A DNA stretch of 63,592 nucleotides from Oculina patagonica. Taxonomy: Eukaryota. This document shows, one piece after another, positions 13,801-26,200 of the stretch (positions within the stretch are counted from its first letter, which is position 1; each line of letters starts with the position of its first letter). The stretch is taken from contig NC_135761.1 of NCBI RefSeq assembly GCF_052425735.1, positions 63,178,001-63,241,592 on the forward strand. Direction: 5' to 3'. Below the pieces are notes generated by a model. That model worked only from the letters and a program-made list of their open reading frames with translations. It was not told the DNA's origin and searched no databases. The translations under genes and the position numbers were made by a program.

Positions 13801-14217
13801 CTCCACGAAGCTCCTTGTTGGCGTTTTTCTCATAGTGGTTTGTAGACGAAAGGCTTAGATTTAAAGTGTTAAAATTTTACATCAAACACAAGAGAGTGTT
13901 TCATCACAATTCCAAACAACTAGAAGGGAGTTGAAAATACGACGTACCGCGGTGCATTTTTGACGAACTTCCAGGTGTTTGGAAATGTTAATTTTCTTGT
14001 TATGTTTGGAAAGGTAAATCTCTTTTATGAAACACTCTCTCTCGAGTGTTTGAAATATCTTCTCAATCGAAACTAGTACTTAGGAGTAAACATGGAAATA
14101 AAACGTGAAAATCTATACTAATTCAATTGCCAAATCACCGTCTTCGTTCAGATTTCCTTTGTTTTAATTGTGACATAGGGTACGAGGCGGGGGGGGGGGG
14201 GGGGGGGCCCCCGGGTT

Positions 14218-14248
<31 letters not shown>

Positions 14249-17200
14249 CCGCCTTGTGATTTGGAAAAACGGATTAAATGCTGGACTGTTATTTGTGATC
14301 TGTATACAGGAAACCCACCCCGTACTGTCCCGCATTTCGTGTAAAATAAAGAGAAGCAAAACAAAACGAGGGACCTTTGATTTTAAACTTGTGTATAACC
14401 GAATAGCCTGCGAACACAGACGTATTTCCGGCTGTCGTTTCTCTTTCTTTTCTCTTGAAATCAACCTCACACATAACATCCTATGAGGGAAAAAAAAACG
14501 GTGAAAAGCTGGACTGTTATTTGTGGTCTAAGTTAAGTTATATCACTGTATTAAATCGCAGGTGATCATTGAAGGCGTCCGGGGTAGTCAGTACCAGGGC
14601 GACATTGCTCTGGATGATATCTCGTTCACAGCTGGCTGCAAAAGACTGGGTAAGCATCCTTTGTGTTTTGGTATTTAAGACTCTCGGTTAAGTTACTCTC
14701 ATTGACGACTCCTTGTCTGACTAACTTTTGTGTATTTTTTTTATCATTTAGTCCCTTCGTATGTACGCCTTGTCAACGGTTCGACGTTCAACGAAGGCCG
14801 CGTGGAAGTTTATAACCAAGGAGTATGGGGCCCTGTTTGTCGCGAGGGTTGGAGCCAATCAGCTTCGTCCGTTGCTTGCAGCGAGCTGGGCTTTACAAAT
14901 TCCACCGGAACGGGAGGTAACGTTTTGATTTTTTCGGTTTTAATATCAATTTGTAAGTTGAGTTCTCGAATACATTTTGCTAAGTATTTTAAGGCCATTG
15001 GAGCGTAGTGCCTTATGACAATGTAAGTAGGGTGTAAGCTATACGCAGGTAAAAATGCGAAAATTAAGGAATATAGAAGTGAATCAAGTGACCTGTCAAT
15101 CAAACGCCTCTCTCATGTCGTTTGTTGGTTTCTCATCAGGCTCACCGCTGACTGGCGCGTTCACTGGACTCTCGAATATCAGTTGTCAAGGTAACGAGAA
15201 GTCAATCAGAGATTGCCCATCAGGGGCGTGGTCTAACAATACCATTTGTCCAAGCAACAACACGATCACTGTTAATTGCTCAGGTAAGAAAGAATTTTAA
15301 TTGTAATTTACTGATTACTTTGCCTCGTTTTTTGATTGGTGTGGGGTGGGGGTGCGAGGGAAGAGAGAAACATTTGCTGTAGGGCAGTGATTGACTTAGT
15401 GAGGGAAATCCAAGGGAAAGAAGGTCAGCACTTTAACGAAAGTGGAAATAAATGAGGTACTAGTAAAAGGTTTTATTGAACATATTTTATCCCTTTCAGT
15501 GATGCGTTTACTGCGTTCATAAACTTACAGGGAAGTTTTTTTAGAAGTCGTTTCTAAATCTTTTTTGCTTAAACATGGCAAGTTCTCGAAACGATCTCAC
15601 AGTTATTTATTTCGAACTTTTTTTTCCATAGGCATCTTGCCAATATGTCCACTAAAAACCCACATGTTCTGTCCTGTGGACAACAACGGAACCAGGACGT
15701 GTATCTCGCGGACTCAGCTCTGTGACTTTACCAATGACTGCTGGGATGGCTCTGATGAAATCAACTGCGACAATTACACACGTTGTGATTTCAATGACAC
15801 AGGCCTCTGCGGCTGGCTGCAGGCGAAAAACGACCAAATGGACTGGACACGACACAAAGGAAATACACCATCACACTATACTGGTAAGAAAACGCTATCA
15901 AACCTTTCCAGTGTAAAATCGGGGGTTGAAGCGGAATAATGAATATTGAATACTGGCTTAAAATTGTAAAGGAATATTGAATATTGGCTCAAAATTGTAA
16001 GGAATATTGAATATTCAGTTTTTTAATCAAGAATATTGAATACTTGCAAAGATAAAATAAGTTCTCCTCACCCTCTCTGTCTCCAAATGAGAATCGCAGG
16101 TGTTCTATATTTTCGATATTTGGCAGGCGCTCTAGATCTGCCTCATGTTAAGCTTGCAAAATTTGCCATGCGGACTACTCCCCAAGGAAGATATTTTCTT
16201 GTGACGTCACTTTCAAAGCACATGTTTCAGTTGACCGCTTTAAATTTTGACGCTTTGGTTACGGTCTAAGAACTGTTCGAATTTGTAAAGATGGGAAAGC
16301 ACAGGAAAGACAGGTAAGTAAAGCTTTTAAGCTATTTTTAACTTGAACGTGTCCCCCCCCCCCCCCCCCCCAGTTTTTTTCCCCAAAAAGTAAAAACAGT
16401 CCTGTATAAAACGTTGAAAATAAATTTTATTTCCCGACAGTTTTGAAACAATAACATTTGTACTTCTTTTCATTTGTTTGTGGGGGACAACCAGCGGCGC
16501 AAGCCCTGTTTGAGAAATTTTCAAAAAACTACCTGCCGATGAAGTCTGCGTTTGCCTCTAAGGCAACTCAGACAGTTTAGTAACTACGAACCACTACGAT
16601 GACTCTGAAAGGTAAAACATTTGCTGGTTTCAAGATACAGAGACAGTGGGTTTCTATTTTCATCCCTCTTGATTTCGTAATTGACATTGCAAGTGTTATA
16701 CTCTCTTCAATGTGCATTGCAATTGGTTTGCTGAGACAGTGTGTAGGAAGTAAATAATTCGTGATATGCGTAAATCACAAATAGCTCTTGGAGAACGCTG
16801 GAAATAGCATTTCCAAGCCTCTAGATTTCAAAATTTTCTGGGGGGAAATGCCCCCAGACCCCCCTAGCGGCTCGCGTCTTCGGAGCTCGCGTGCCCCCCC
16901 GCCCCCCCCCCCCCCCCCCCCCCCCCCCACACTTATTTTACCCTTGCTACGGCACTGGTCGCAACCGAGTAACATGGATCTTTCTTGTGATGAAGAACAG
17001 GAGAATGAGGACAATCCAATCGAAAGAAAGATTACCGACAATTTTAGATTCATTCGCCGTATTAGTTATGACCGCGTCGAAGTTGTAGTCAAGAGGGTCT
17101 GCAAAAATAACAACTGTACACAATTTCGCAGCAAGAAGTTTTAAGAATTGAGCGGATACTCAAAGGAGGGTAGAAGTGAATTGACTCCGAGGATGAGGCT

Positions 17201-20200
17201 TCAGATGCCCAGTCAGACGACGAACAGCCGGGAGGACCATCCAGGGTTCCTTGTCGTACACGACAGGGAGAACAGCAACCCGTATTAGATTACGGTGATG
17301 TCGAACTTTTTGAAAAATCACAAAGCTGATCTAACAGCTACAGCTGAAAATAGATAACGCATAAAGCGGTGCTCAATGTAAAATGTGTCATGATATAGGA
17401 ATATACTAGATTGGTAACAGAATGCTACTTTTAAATTATGTGGCCCGTTGACGTACTTGTGGGCACTTGTACCATTCCTGTTATTCCTGAAGGCAAACAC
17501 TACATTTATCTTTCATCGGCTGTTCACTTATTGGTTTAGAAGTAACTCTTGATAGACAAGTCGTTATGTTACGTACAGTTTTGTTTTGTACATGCTTCAA
17601 AAGACTATGCTTCGCTTAAAGCGGGTGTGATTTATTTTTTTTGGTGACTATTGATTGATTGCACGAGTGATGATGTTAAGGAGATAAACGCGTTTCGAAA
17701 AGTTTGGAGTACAATGGCCTACAAAAGAACTTTTATAAACATCGTGCAACACTTCATTGTTTTCCAGATTATATAGACTATTGTTGGACCGCATTATCGT
17801 CATTGTTTGTTAAATAAAGCTTTTCACTGAGACATGTTGCTTGGCTTATTTTTTGGGGGGTACTATTTTGCTAGTCAGCAAATAAAGAAGCCACATGCGT
17901 CTTACACTTTAGTCAAGGCCATTGAAGGTGTAACTAGAGGGCACCATTAAAAAAGCATGTAATAAGTGATGAACTAACACCTCCAGAAGGAAGAGAGAAT
18001 GTCCAGTGTCTGTGCACAACTTGTGAATTAGAATAGAATATTTGACCGCTCTCGTTTTGTGGGTCTGAAAATTGTATACCTGGGAACATCAACCTATTTA
18101 AAGGAATAATGAATATTGATCTCAAAATAGGCAAGGAATAATGAATACTTGTGAAAAATGGGCGGGGAATAATGAATATTTAAAGTGAAAATATTCCGCT
18201 TCAACCCCCGATGTAAAATATCGCCATGGAAAAGGCCTCAAAGCATTTTGCAAAATAAGGTATTCATTTGACATCTTATAATGCGCGTAAAATTTGATTC
18301 CTGGAAAAATTCCGTCTGAACACGAGATGTATCCAATTTGAGGACTGAAACTTTTCTGGAAAGCTTGCAGTCAAGCAGTCACTGAAAATGATAAGCTGCT
18401 TTCGAAAATGCGTGAATGGAAGAAACGATATAGCGAGTTTCCAAGTATACTACGAGCAGTCCCTTATTCTTTTCGGGGCCAGTCGGGTGGGTGAGTGACA
18501 TGAACTTTATTTGTTTTCTTTAATATAAAATTTACAAAAGTACTTGCCCCGCAACTAGTTAAAAAAACTTATTGAGGCGGGCGCACAAGCACTGGAACAC
18601 ACGGGCACGCGAACGCACACATGCCGGCACGCGAACGCACACATGCACGCGAACGCAAGCAAACGTTATGCCTCGCGTCTTCTTTGTGTCGGCAAAGTGA
18701 TCTTCTCGCGTGTTTGTGTGTCCGCCCACTTGATTGACACTGAAAAAAATGAGACACTGTTCGTAATTTAAATTTTCGGTTACTTTGGATCTTTTTATTC
18801 CTGAACTTGAAGCCAAGTGGAATATCTACACGTGAATATTTTTATTTGTACTTTTAAGGTCCTTCAAGTGACCACAATGGCAATCCTGATGCTTATTATT
18901 TGTACATGGAAGTTTCCAATCGGCAAGGAGGTGAAAAGGCCAGGATACTCGTCACACCGCGATTTCAAGGTTAATAATAGTTTGGTGTCCATAACTTACT
19001 GTTCATTCCCAGATCTTCTCTAACTTATACTTACACAGATATGAAAGCGCTTCTTGTATAATTAAGCCTTAATTTTTCATGTTTGTAATCAACTAAATCT
19101 CCCCCAATCTTTCCTGTTCTTTTTCCATTATTGTCTTCAGTGTAAAGTTATTATATAATTGTGCATCAAAACACTTAATAGTTACAAATACCTTTGCGAG
19201 TGTAAAACTTCTTAGTGAGCAATTGTGTAAAAAGAAGTAACGACCAGATTGTGAACCAATATTAGTAATCGCGGCTGCGACATTTTGTTATTTTTACAGT
19301 GTATAAAATAAAGAGAAAGTAAGGGAATACAATGATCTTAACATTGAAGGAATATCCAAATATGTTACAGTGAATCTGGGCTGACAGAGCGCCTCGGGTT
19401 AACTGTGATGGACTGCATCCCTTCCGGGTTAAGTAGAGCTTGGTTTTCACTAGCGACGCAAGCACAAGCGCAAGAATAACAGCTCTCATTTCACCATGAA
19501 AACGGCTTCGACTCAAGCAAAAGCACAAGCGCAATGTAGTTTTATGCTTGTGCTTGTACTTGCGGCAAGCACAAGCGCAAGGTTCAAAATTTGTCCTTTT
19601 TGCGTGATTGCGCTTGTGCTTGCGTCACTAGTGAAAACCAGGCTTTACGACTGGAGTGAACTTTACCTACTGTACACAAAACATTACGGCAGTAAGTAAT
19701 CGCCCCTTATTGATGCATTTTTTTTTGTATTACACGAACAGGCGATAACAATGGGCTTTGCAAACTTCGATTCTATTATCATATGTATGGTGTCGGGATT
19801 GGCGCTCTCCGCGTGTTAGCCGCTGACCGGTACTCTCAGCGCACGCTGTGGACAAAGTCTTACACACAAAGCATCTATTGGTCGAGAGCTGAAATTCCAC
19901 TTGTCAATATGTCGTCCTCGTTTTATGTAAGTTTCACTGTGTATAACCGACAAGTATCATTATTCCAGACAATTTTGCTAGCGGCAATGTTTCTTAGAAT
20001 TGTGCCTTTGGCCAACAACAGGCCTGTCCGCGGTTTTGTTATATTTTTTCTCTTTTTTTTTTTTTGGGGGGGGGGGGGGGGAAGGCGGAGAGCGTGTGTG
20101 CAGGCTGACGAATGATACATCAGTGAGCTGACTAACGGGAAGTGTGGTGATTTGTTGGTCCGGATTTGAGTCTTGACTTAGGTCTTGGCCCATATTGTTG

Positions 20201-23200
20201 TGCTAGACAATTAAATCTGACAGTGCTTCTCCAACCAGGATTTAATTATTGAGAAGACATTACAAAAGTGCTTGTAAGGGTGGCCGGAGATTACTAATAC
20301 TCCTAGGTACATTATGCTCAAATCTGGAGATTCACGCTGGCTTCTTAACTCTGCCCTTAGGACGAGGTTTAATGGATGGGTTTCCTGGAACCACAGCTGC
20401 CCAAATACTTCAAGCTACCGAAGCTGAAGCTGAATTACAATACTCAAGAAAAACACGTCTTGGGTACTTTTACATCACAAATGTTGTGCGGACAAAATAA
20501 TTTATTGTCACCTTTCCTAAAGTAGCTTCGTTGTTTCCATTCTTGTTGATTGACAGGTGACGTTTGAAGGCGAGCACAGCGGAGTGAGTCCACACGGGGA
20601 CATTACTATCGATGACGTGTCGTTCACACCAGAATGCAGACCCGCCCCACATGGTACCGTTAATTATACCTTCTTTTTTAGATAACAAATCTTCCTTGCT
20701 GTACCTCTGAATTCTCTAAACCAACATGTTGTTGTTGTTTATATTTTAGAAAACGTTACGTGTAGGGATGGCACCTTTCCATGTGGCAGCGGCGAATGCA
20801 TTTCTTCGTCTCTTCAATGTGACTTTAATGATGACTGTTACGACGGCTCGGACGAGCTAAACTGCGGTAGGTTTTCTTTGTTTTGCACTTTTTTTTTTCA
20901 TTCAACCCTGATCTACTACGTCTACTGGGCGAGAAGCGAAAAAAAAAAAAACGCGGACAACTTTTTTGCGTCAAGCAACATCAAACAAAAAACGCTCATT
21001 ACTTTGCGCTTCCTTGTGGTAGTAGGAGGCGCGGTGGCCAAATGGGTAGCGCGCTCAACTCCGAGTCGAACGGCCCGGGTTCAAGCCCTGGCCGGGGCGC
21101 CGCGTTGAGTTCTTGGGCAAGACACTTTACTCTCACAATGCCTCTCTCCACACAGGTATATAAATGGTTACCGGCGACATAATGCTGGGGGGTAACCCTG
21201 CGATTGACTACCATCCCATGCAGGGGGGAGTAGCAATACTCCTAGTCGCTTCATGCAACAGAAACCGGGATAAGCTCCGGCTGTATGGGCCACTTGGCTC
21301 GGACACAGACTTTACCTGACTTTTTTTCCTTGTGGTAGAACAAGGCGTTAGGGTGCATTCTTAACGTATCGTCTACAAGATTTTTCTATTGTATCTGTGT
21401 GATTCCTCCTCTCGTGTCCTTTAATACTATGCTGATAGTTCTTGCAATTTCCAGGTCTCCAGACACCAGGGCGATGTAATTTTGAAGCTGATCTTTGCCA
21501 CTGGCAGAATTTGACAGATGATGATTTCGACTGGGAAAGACATACCGGGCACACAGCCAGCCTGGACACTGGACCCTTGTACGATCACAGTAAAGGTTAT
21601 AGTGGGGGAGGTACGTGTCTTTTTTTTAGTAAACTATGATAACTGCAAAGAGTCGATCGCAGTAAATTAATGACTTAACCTATCTAATACCCTACCCTGG
21701 CCCTGTTGAAAACTACTGCTAGTCGAAATATTGGCCATTAAAAGCCTGCGTATCTTCATTTCCGTCGTACAGGCCTTACAATTTAGGTTGTTTGTTCTAC
21801 AGTTTGAGTGACGTCTAGTACACGCATCCCTTCGGGAGAAAGTTGCCACGTAATTTTCAATTTGTGACATAATACCCTTTTCCAGGACTGAGAAATGAGA
21901 AAACATCGAAATAAACCGACGAAGTTCTTTTGCCGAAGAACGGACTGTGAATAAAAATTAATGTGCGTTAAGCTTATCAGACTACATAGACACAAGCCAG
22001 TTTGAAACGTGTTTGGATATTTGAATTGTTGCAGGTTATTACTTGTATATCGAGGCTTCTTCCCCGCGAAAGTCAGGCGACATTGCACGTATCATCAGCC
22101 CGCAGTTTATGTGGAAGAATGTGGCCAACTGCTCGGTAAGTTTTATTTGCCTGGAATCAGCATAATTTGCACGTAAAAAACGTTGATCACCGTTTTGAAG
22201 ACCCTTTACTTCATAGTGAACCCACACATAATTGTCTTGGCATCCCATTTTTTTTTCGGCCGAATTATCGTATCTACTACATTTTTTCTTTTATTTTAAA
22301 ACTGTCTAATCTTAAATAGCTGTAGAAAGAGAAACACTGTAAATTCTCCGTCTTGGGTAGTGCTCCATAAACACATAATTTGGTCATTTCAATTTGTTGT
22401 TTTGCAGAGGACGGCTAAGAAATGTACCAATATGTATGACGCACGCACAGAACCATTACAATGCTAATAAATTATTTTATTCAGTGAAGGCCTTATTGCT
22501 GACCTTGTTGTTTACTTAGGGTGCGTTTCTTTGGGAAAAATCTAAATCCGGATTCTTGATCCAAAAACGGATTTTGCGTTTCTTTACCTGTATCCGAAAA
22601 TGGATTAATCTTGGATCAATGATCTGAAGAATCCACACTTCGAGTGGATACATCAGTTCATATCTGAATCCGGATTTTTAGAATTCATGATCCGTGCGTT
22701 TCTTTGGGAAAGGATTCGAATAAAAGTACCTTGGCCCAGCGGTCTTTGCTGTGAAAATACAGGTTCACTCTTTGTAAACACTGCCATACGGAAAGTTTTA
22801 GCAGAGGCGGATCTAGGGGAGGGGTTTAGGGGGTTGCAACCCCCCCCCCCCTTGAGCAGCATTTTTTAATATTTGTATGACTCTTCATAAAAATAATAGA
22901 AAAAATGTTTCATAAGTAGTTGTTTCACTTCCACTGAATGATTGATTGTCAAGTTATGAAAATTAGATAACGTGCATTTCGCGATAGTTCATTATATGAG
23001 AAACAACTGAGAACGGCACCATCTTGAAAACTGAGTGGTGGGTAAATCGTTTCTTTAGTTTGCAAAGATGGCAAACTTTGTGGCAAAGAAGGAACTTTCA
23101 AGCAATCTTCTACTAGCACTGTGTGCCTATAACGAGAATGCTTCTCCAAACATCCATCGTCTTCTCCTCATCGCATGCACCCAATCAGTAGTGCAGAAGC

Positions 23201-26200
23201 TGAGCGGTCATGCTCGCTCATGAACTGTCTAAAGAGCGCTTCTCAGATCTCGCTGTTATTGCCAAGCGTTATTCTCAGAGATTTGAGGTAGACGACGTAT
23301 GCAAGCGCTTTGTAATAGTTCATCCAAGAAGATTCTTTCAGGCTACATTGTTCGATTAACGAGCCGTTTAGAGAAAGGACAAATAACTATCGTTGTTACT
23401 GTTGTCCCTTTTAATCATGCATTTTGGTTTTCTAGTTAAAAAGTAAGGTTTAATCTCCAGATTTTACAGCATTCCTTCACAAACGCTTTTTGAGTCTTGC
23501 GAAGGCTGGAAATGGCGTTTTAGGACATGTTTTAGAGGGTAAAATCGGAAAAATTTCCCCGGGGGAAGCATGCTCACGGACCCCCTAGAAGATATCACTA
23601 TCCACCCCGATAACGTCGAAACCTATTAATTAAAGGTGTGCAACCCCCCCCCCCCCCCCCTTTCAGTAATTCCTGGATCCGCCCCTGTTTAGGCGGTTAT
23701 TTCGATCAAACTACAAAAATATTTCACGATAAAAGGAAACAGTAGCTTCAGATAGGTATGTAGTATCATTTTAAACGGGATACAGGTTTTCTAGAACAGC
23801 CACTGTGTGCCTACGGAAGTTGTATCCTTTTGAAATTGTCACGAGTTAAATTTGCACTGATCATTTTGCAATCATTCTTCGCTTTCAGATGCTTTCTCGC
23901 CACATTGTGCTTAATGCTAAAGAAGATCTACTTCGACGTGTGGTTTTTGTAAAAGATTTTGTATGCTTAAATTATTTTAGCTAGGATACATTCGACGAAA
24001 AATAAATTTGTGCTGATATTTTATGTTCTGTGCGAAATGTGTTTACGGGGTTGTCATGGCAAAAAATCCGTTTCCGGATTCTTCGTTTCTTTAGGAGCAA
24101 AGTATCCGTGTGATCTGAGATCAATGATCCAATTTTGGATTTTCTCAAAGAAACGCACCCTTAGCTTATGATAAAATAAGCTCCCTTCTTTCATTAAAAG
24201 AAGGCTACGTGGTTATCAAACGCATTTTCATCGACCCTGTTGTCTTTGCTTTACAGCTTCGGTTTTATTATCACATGAAAGGCCTGTGGGGATGGTCGAC
24301 AATAGGGACACTGAGAGTGCGCCTGAGGAACACTATCACCGGTGATGAAACTGCTGCCCTGTGGTCAAGGACTGGCAACCAAGGCAACCAGTGGCTCCGA
24401 GCTGACGTTCCCATTAATACTACATGGACTGTATCGCAGGTACGTTTAGAACTAAGAAGTTTTTCTGATTAGTGCGAATGCGTGAAAAGAAAGGATGGTA
24501 TATTGTTAGCTTGGTACAATTTTAAGAAAGTTATTAATCGTACATTTTCTCACCCTCCCCTCCTCAGGTTATTTTCGAAGCTGAGAGAGGATTCACATTT
24601 CACGGTGACATCGCCATTGATGACGTATCATTCTCGCCCCAGTGCTATCCGTCCGAAGGTATGAAACCGAACGCATCATTCTCGTCCCCAGAGCCTCTTG
24701 TTTCTCTTAGCCGGGTGAGCCTGGGACACGAGGAACAAGTGGCTCTGGAGGCAATTTAAATCTAACCAATCAAATCAACCGTTGTAAAAATCCCTCACAA
24801 CAAAGGGGTTTTTAAACGGTTGATTTGATTTGAAACTCATCGGAATCCCTTTGCCTGACTGAAACAATACAGTAGAAACATTCTGCCAAATTTTTCGGTC
24901 GCTTTATGACAGATTTTCGTCATCATCGATAGAACAGACAGGTTCATGGTAAACTCCTTCTGTTTTGTTTTTTTGTTCTGTTTTAAGCGCAATATCGTCT
25001 TCAGTGATGTGTCCTGTTGAAAGAGCTCTGACACGAACGGCGAATTTTTTTAAGGTCGTCGTTCGTAACTTTCCTTAAATATCCTTGTTCTTGTCCTTTC
25101 CTTAGCTGTGCACATTTACAAGAACTACGACGTCCGTTTAACGGATGGCAAAGATGGTTCATTTGAGGGACGTGTCGAGGTGTATCGTGTAGGTACCTGG
25201 GGCACGATCTGTGATGACGGCTGGGGCCATGAAGATGCTCAGGTTGTGTGCAATCAATTAGGGTACGCTGGAGTGAAAACTGTCCACATTAAGTCGTATT
25301 TTGGTGAAGGGAAGGGACGAATCTGGTTGGACGACCTGGCCTGTTTTGGAAACGAGACCAACCTTGGCCAGTGTGCGCACAATGGATGGGGGAGTCATGA
25401 TTGCACTCACGAAAAAGATGCTGGTGTTGTCTGCGACAAAGGTAAGAGAAACTATGGTTAGGCTTTTTTGGAGGTTGGGGGAGGGGGGGGGGGGGGGTGT
25501 TTTCGAGAGAGCTTTTCTTGGGAGCGCTATTTTTGGACGAACTTAGAACTATCAAATATGGTTGGTTTGTTTAGAGGATTTGTATTTTAATAAAGAAGAG
25601 ATTTTTGTACGGATTTGTCCCAACCAGTATTGTAAAACTTAAAAGGTGTCACTTTTCTTAAAATGTTTAAGTCGGAATCCGCCAGGACTTCGAGTATTAA
25701 TTGGACAAAATTATGTACCAAAAGTATTTACATCTTATTGCGAATTTCTGTGTTACTGTTTCTTTTGAAGAACTAAAATTAATATTACTCGATCTCCTGA
25801 TGAATTCTGTCTCAATTCGTTTGATCTTGCTTCTCATCGTGATCATGACTGTCCTCTAGTCCTCTCCTCTGTAAAGATAAAGATAAGATAAAAACTTTAT
25901 TACCGTGTCTGTGTGTTTAGCCCTTATGGACTAATTGGGGACACAATTAAAATACCTAAAATACTATTAATAATGCTAAGCTAGAAATATTTAAAATACT
26001 TAACTAAAAACTAAAAAAAAACAACTAATATTTACAATGTCTTAAAATGTCTTAAGCGCAACAGAGTTTGCAACAGTTACTATTGTTGTCCACGTAGTCC
26101 GATAGATTGAGTTTTCTAATTTTAGTTTTGAATGCAGCCACAGTCGGCGAGTTTTTCAGGTCTTTGCTTAATTTTGACCATAGAAGTGGTCCAAGATATC

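Noticed and set aside
14127-14486. Gly/Pro-rich ORFs (also 16775-17144, 19923-20193, 39939-40148)
   Set aside because: Produced by G/C homopolymers inside introns and repeats; no domain content or fitting splice sites.
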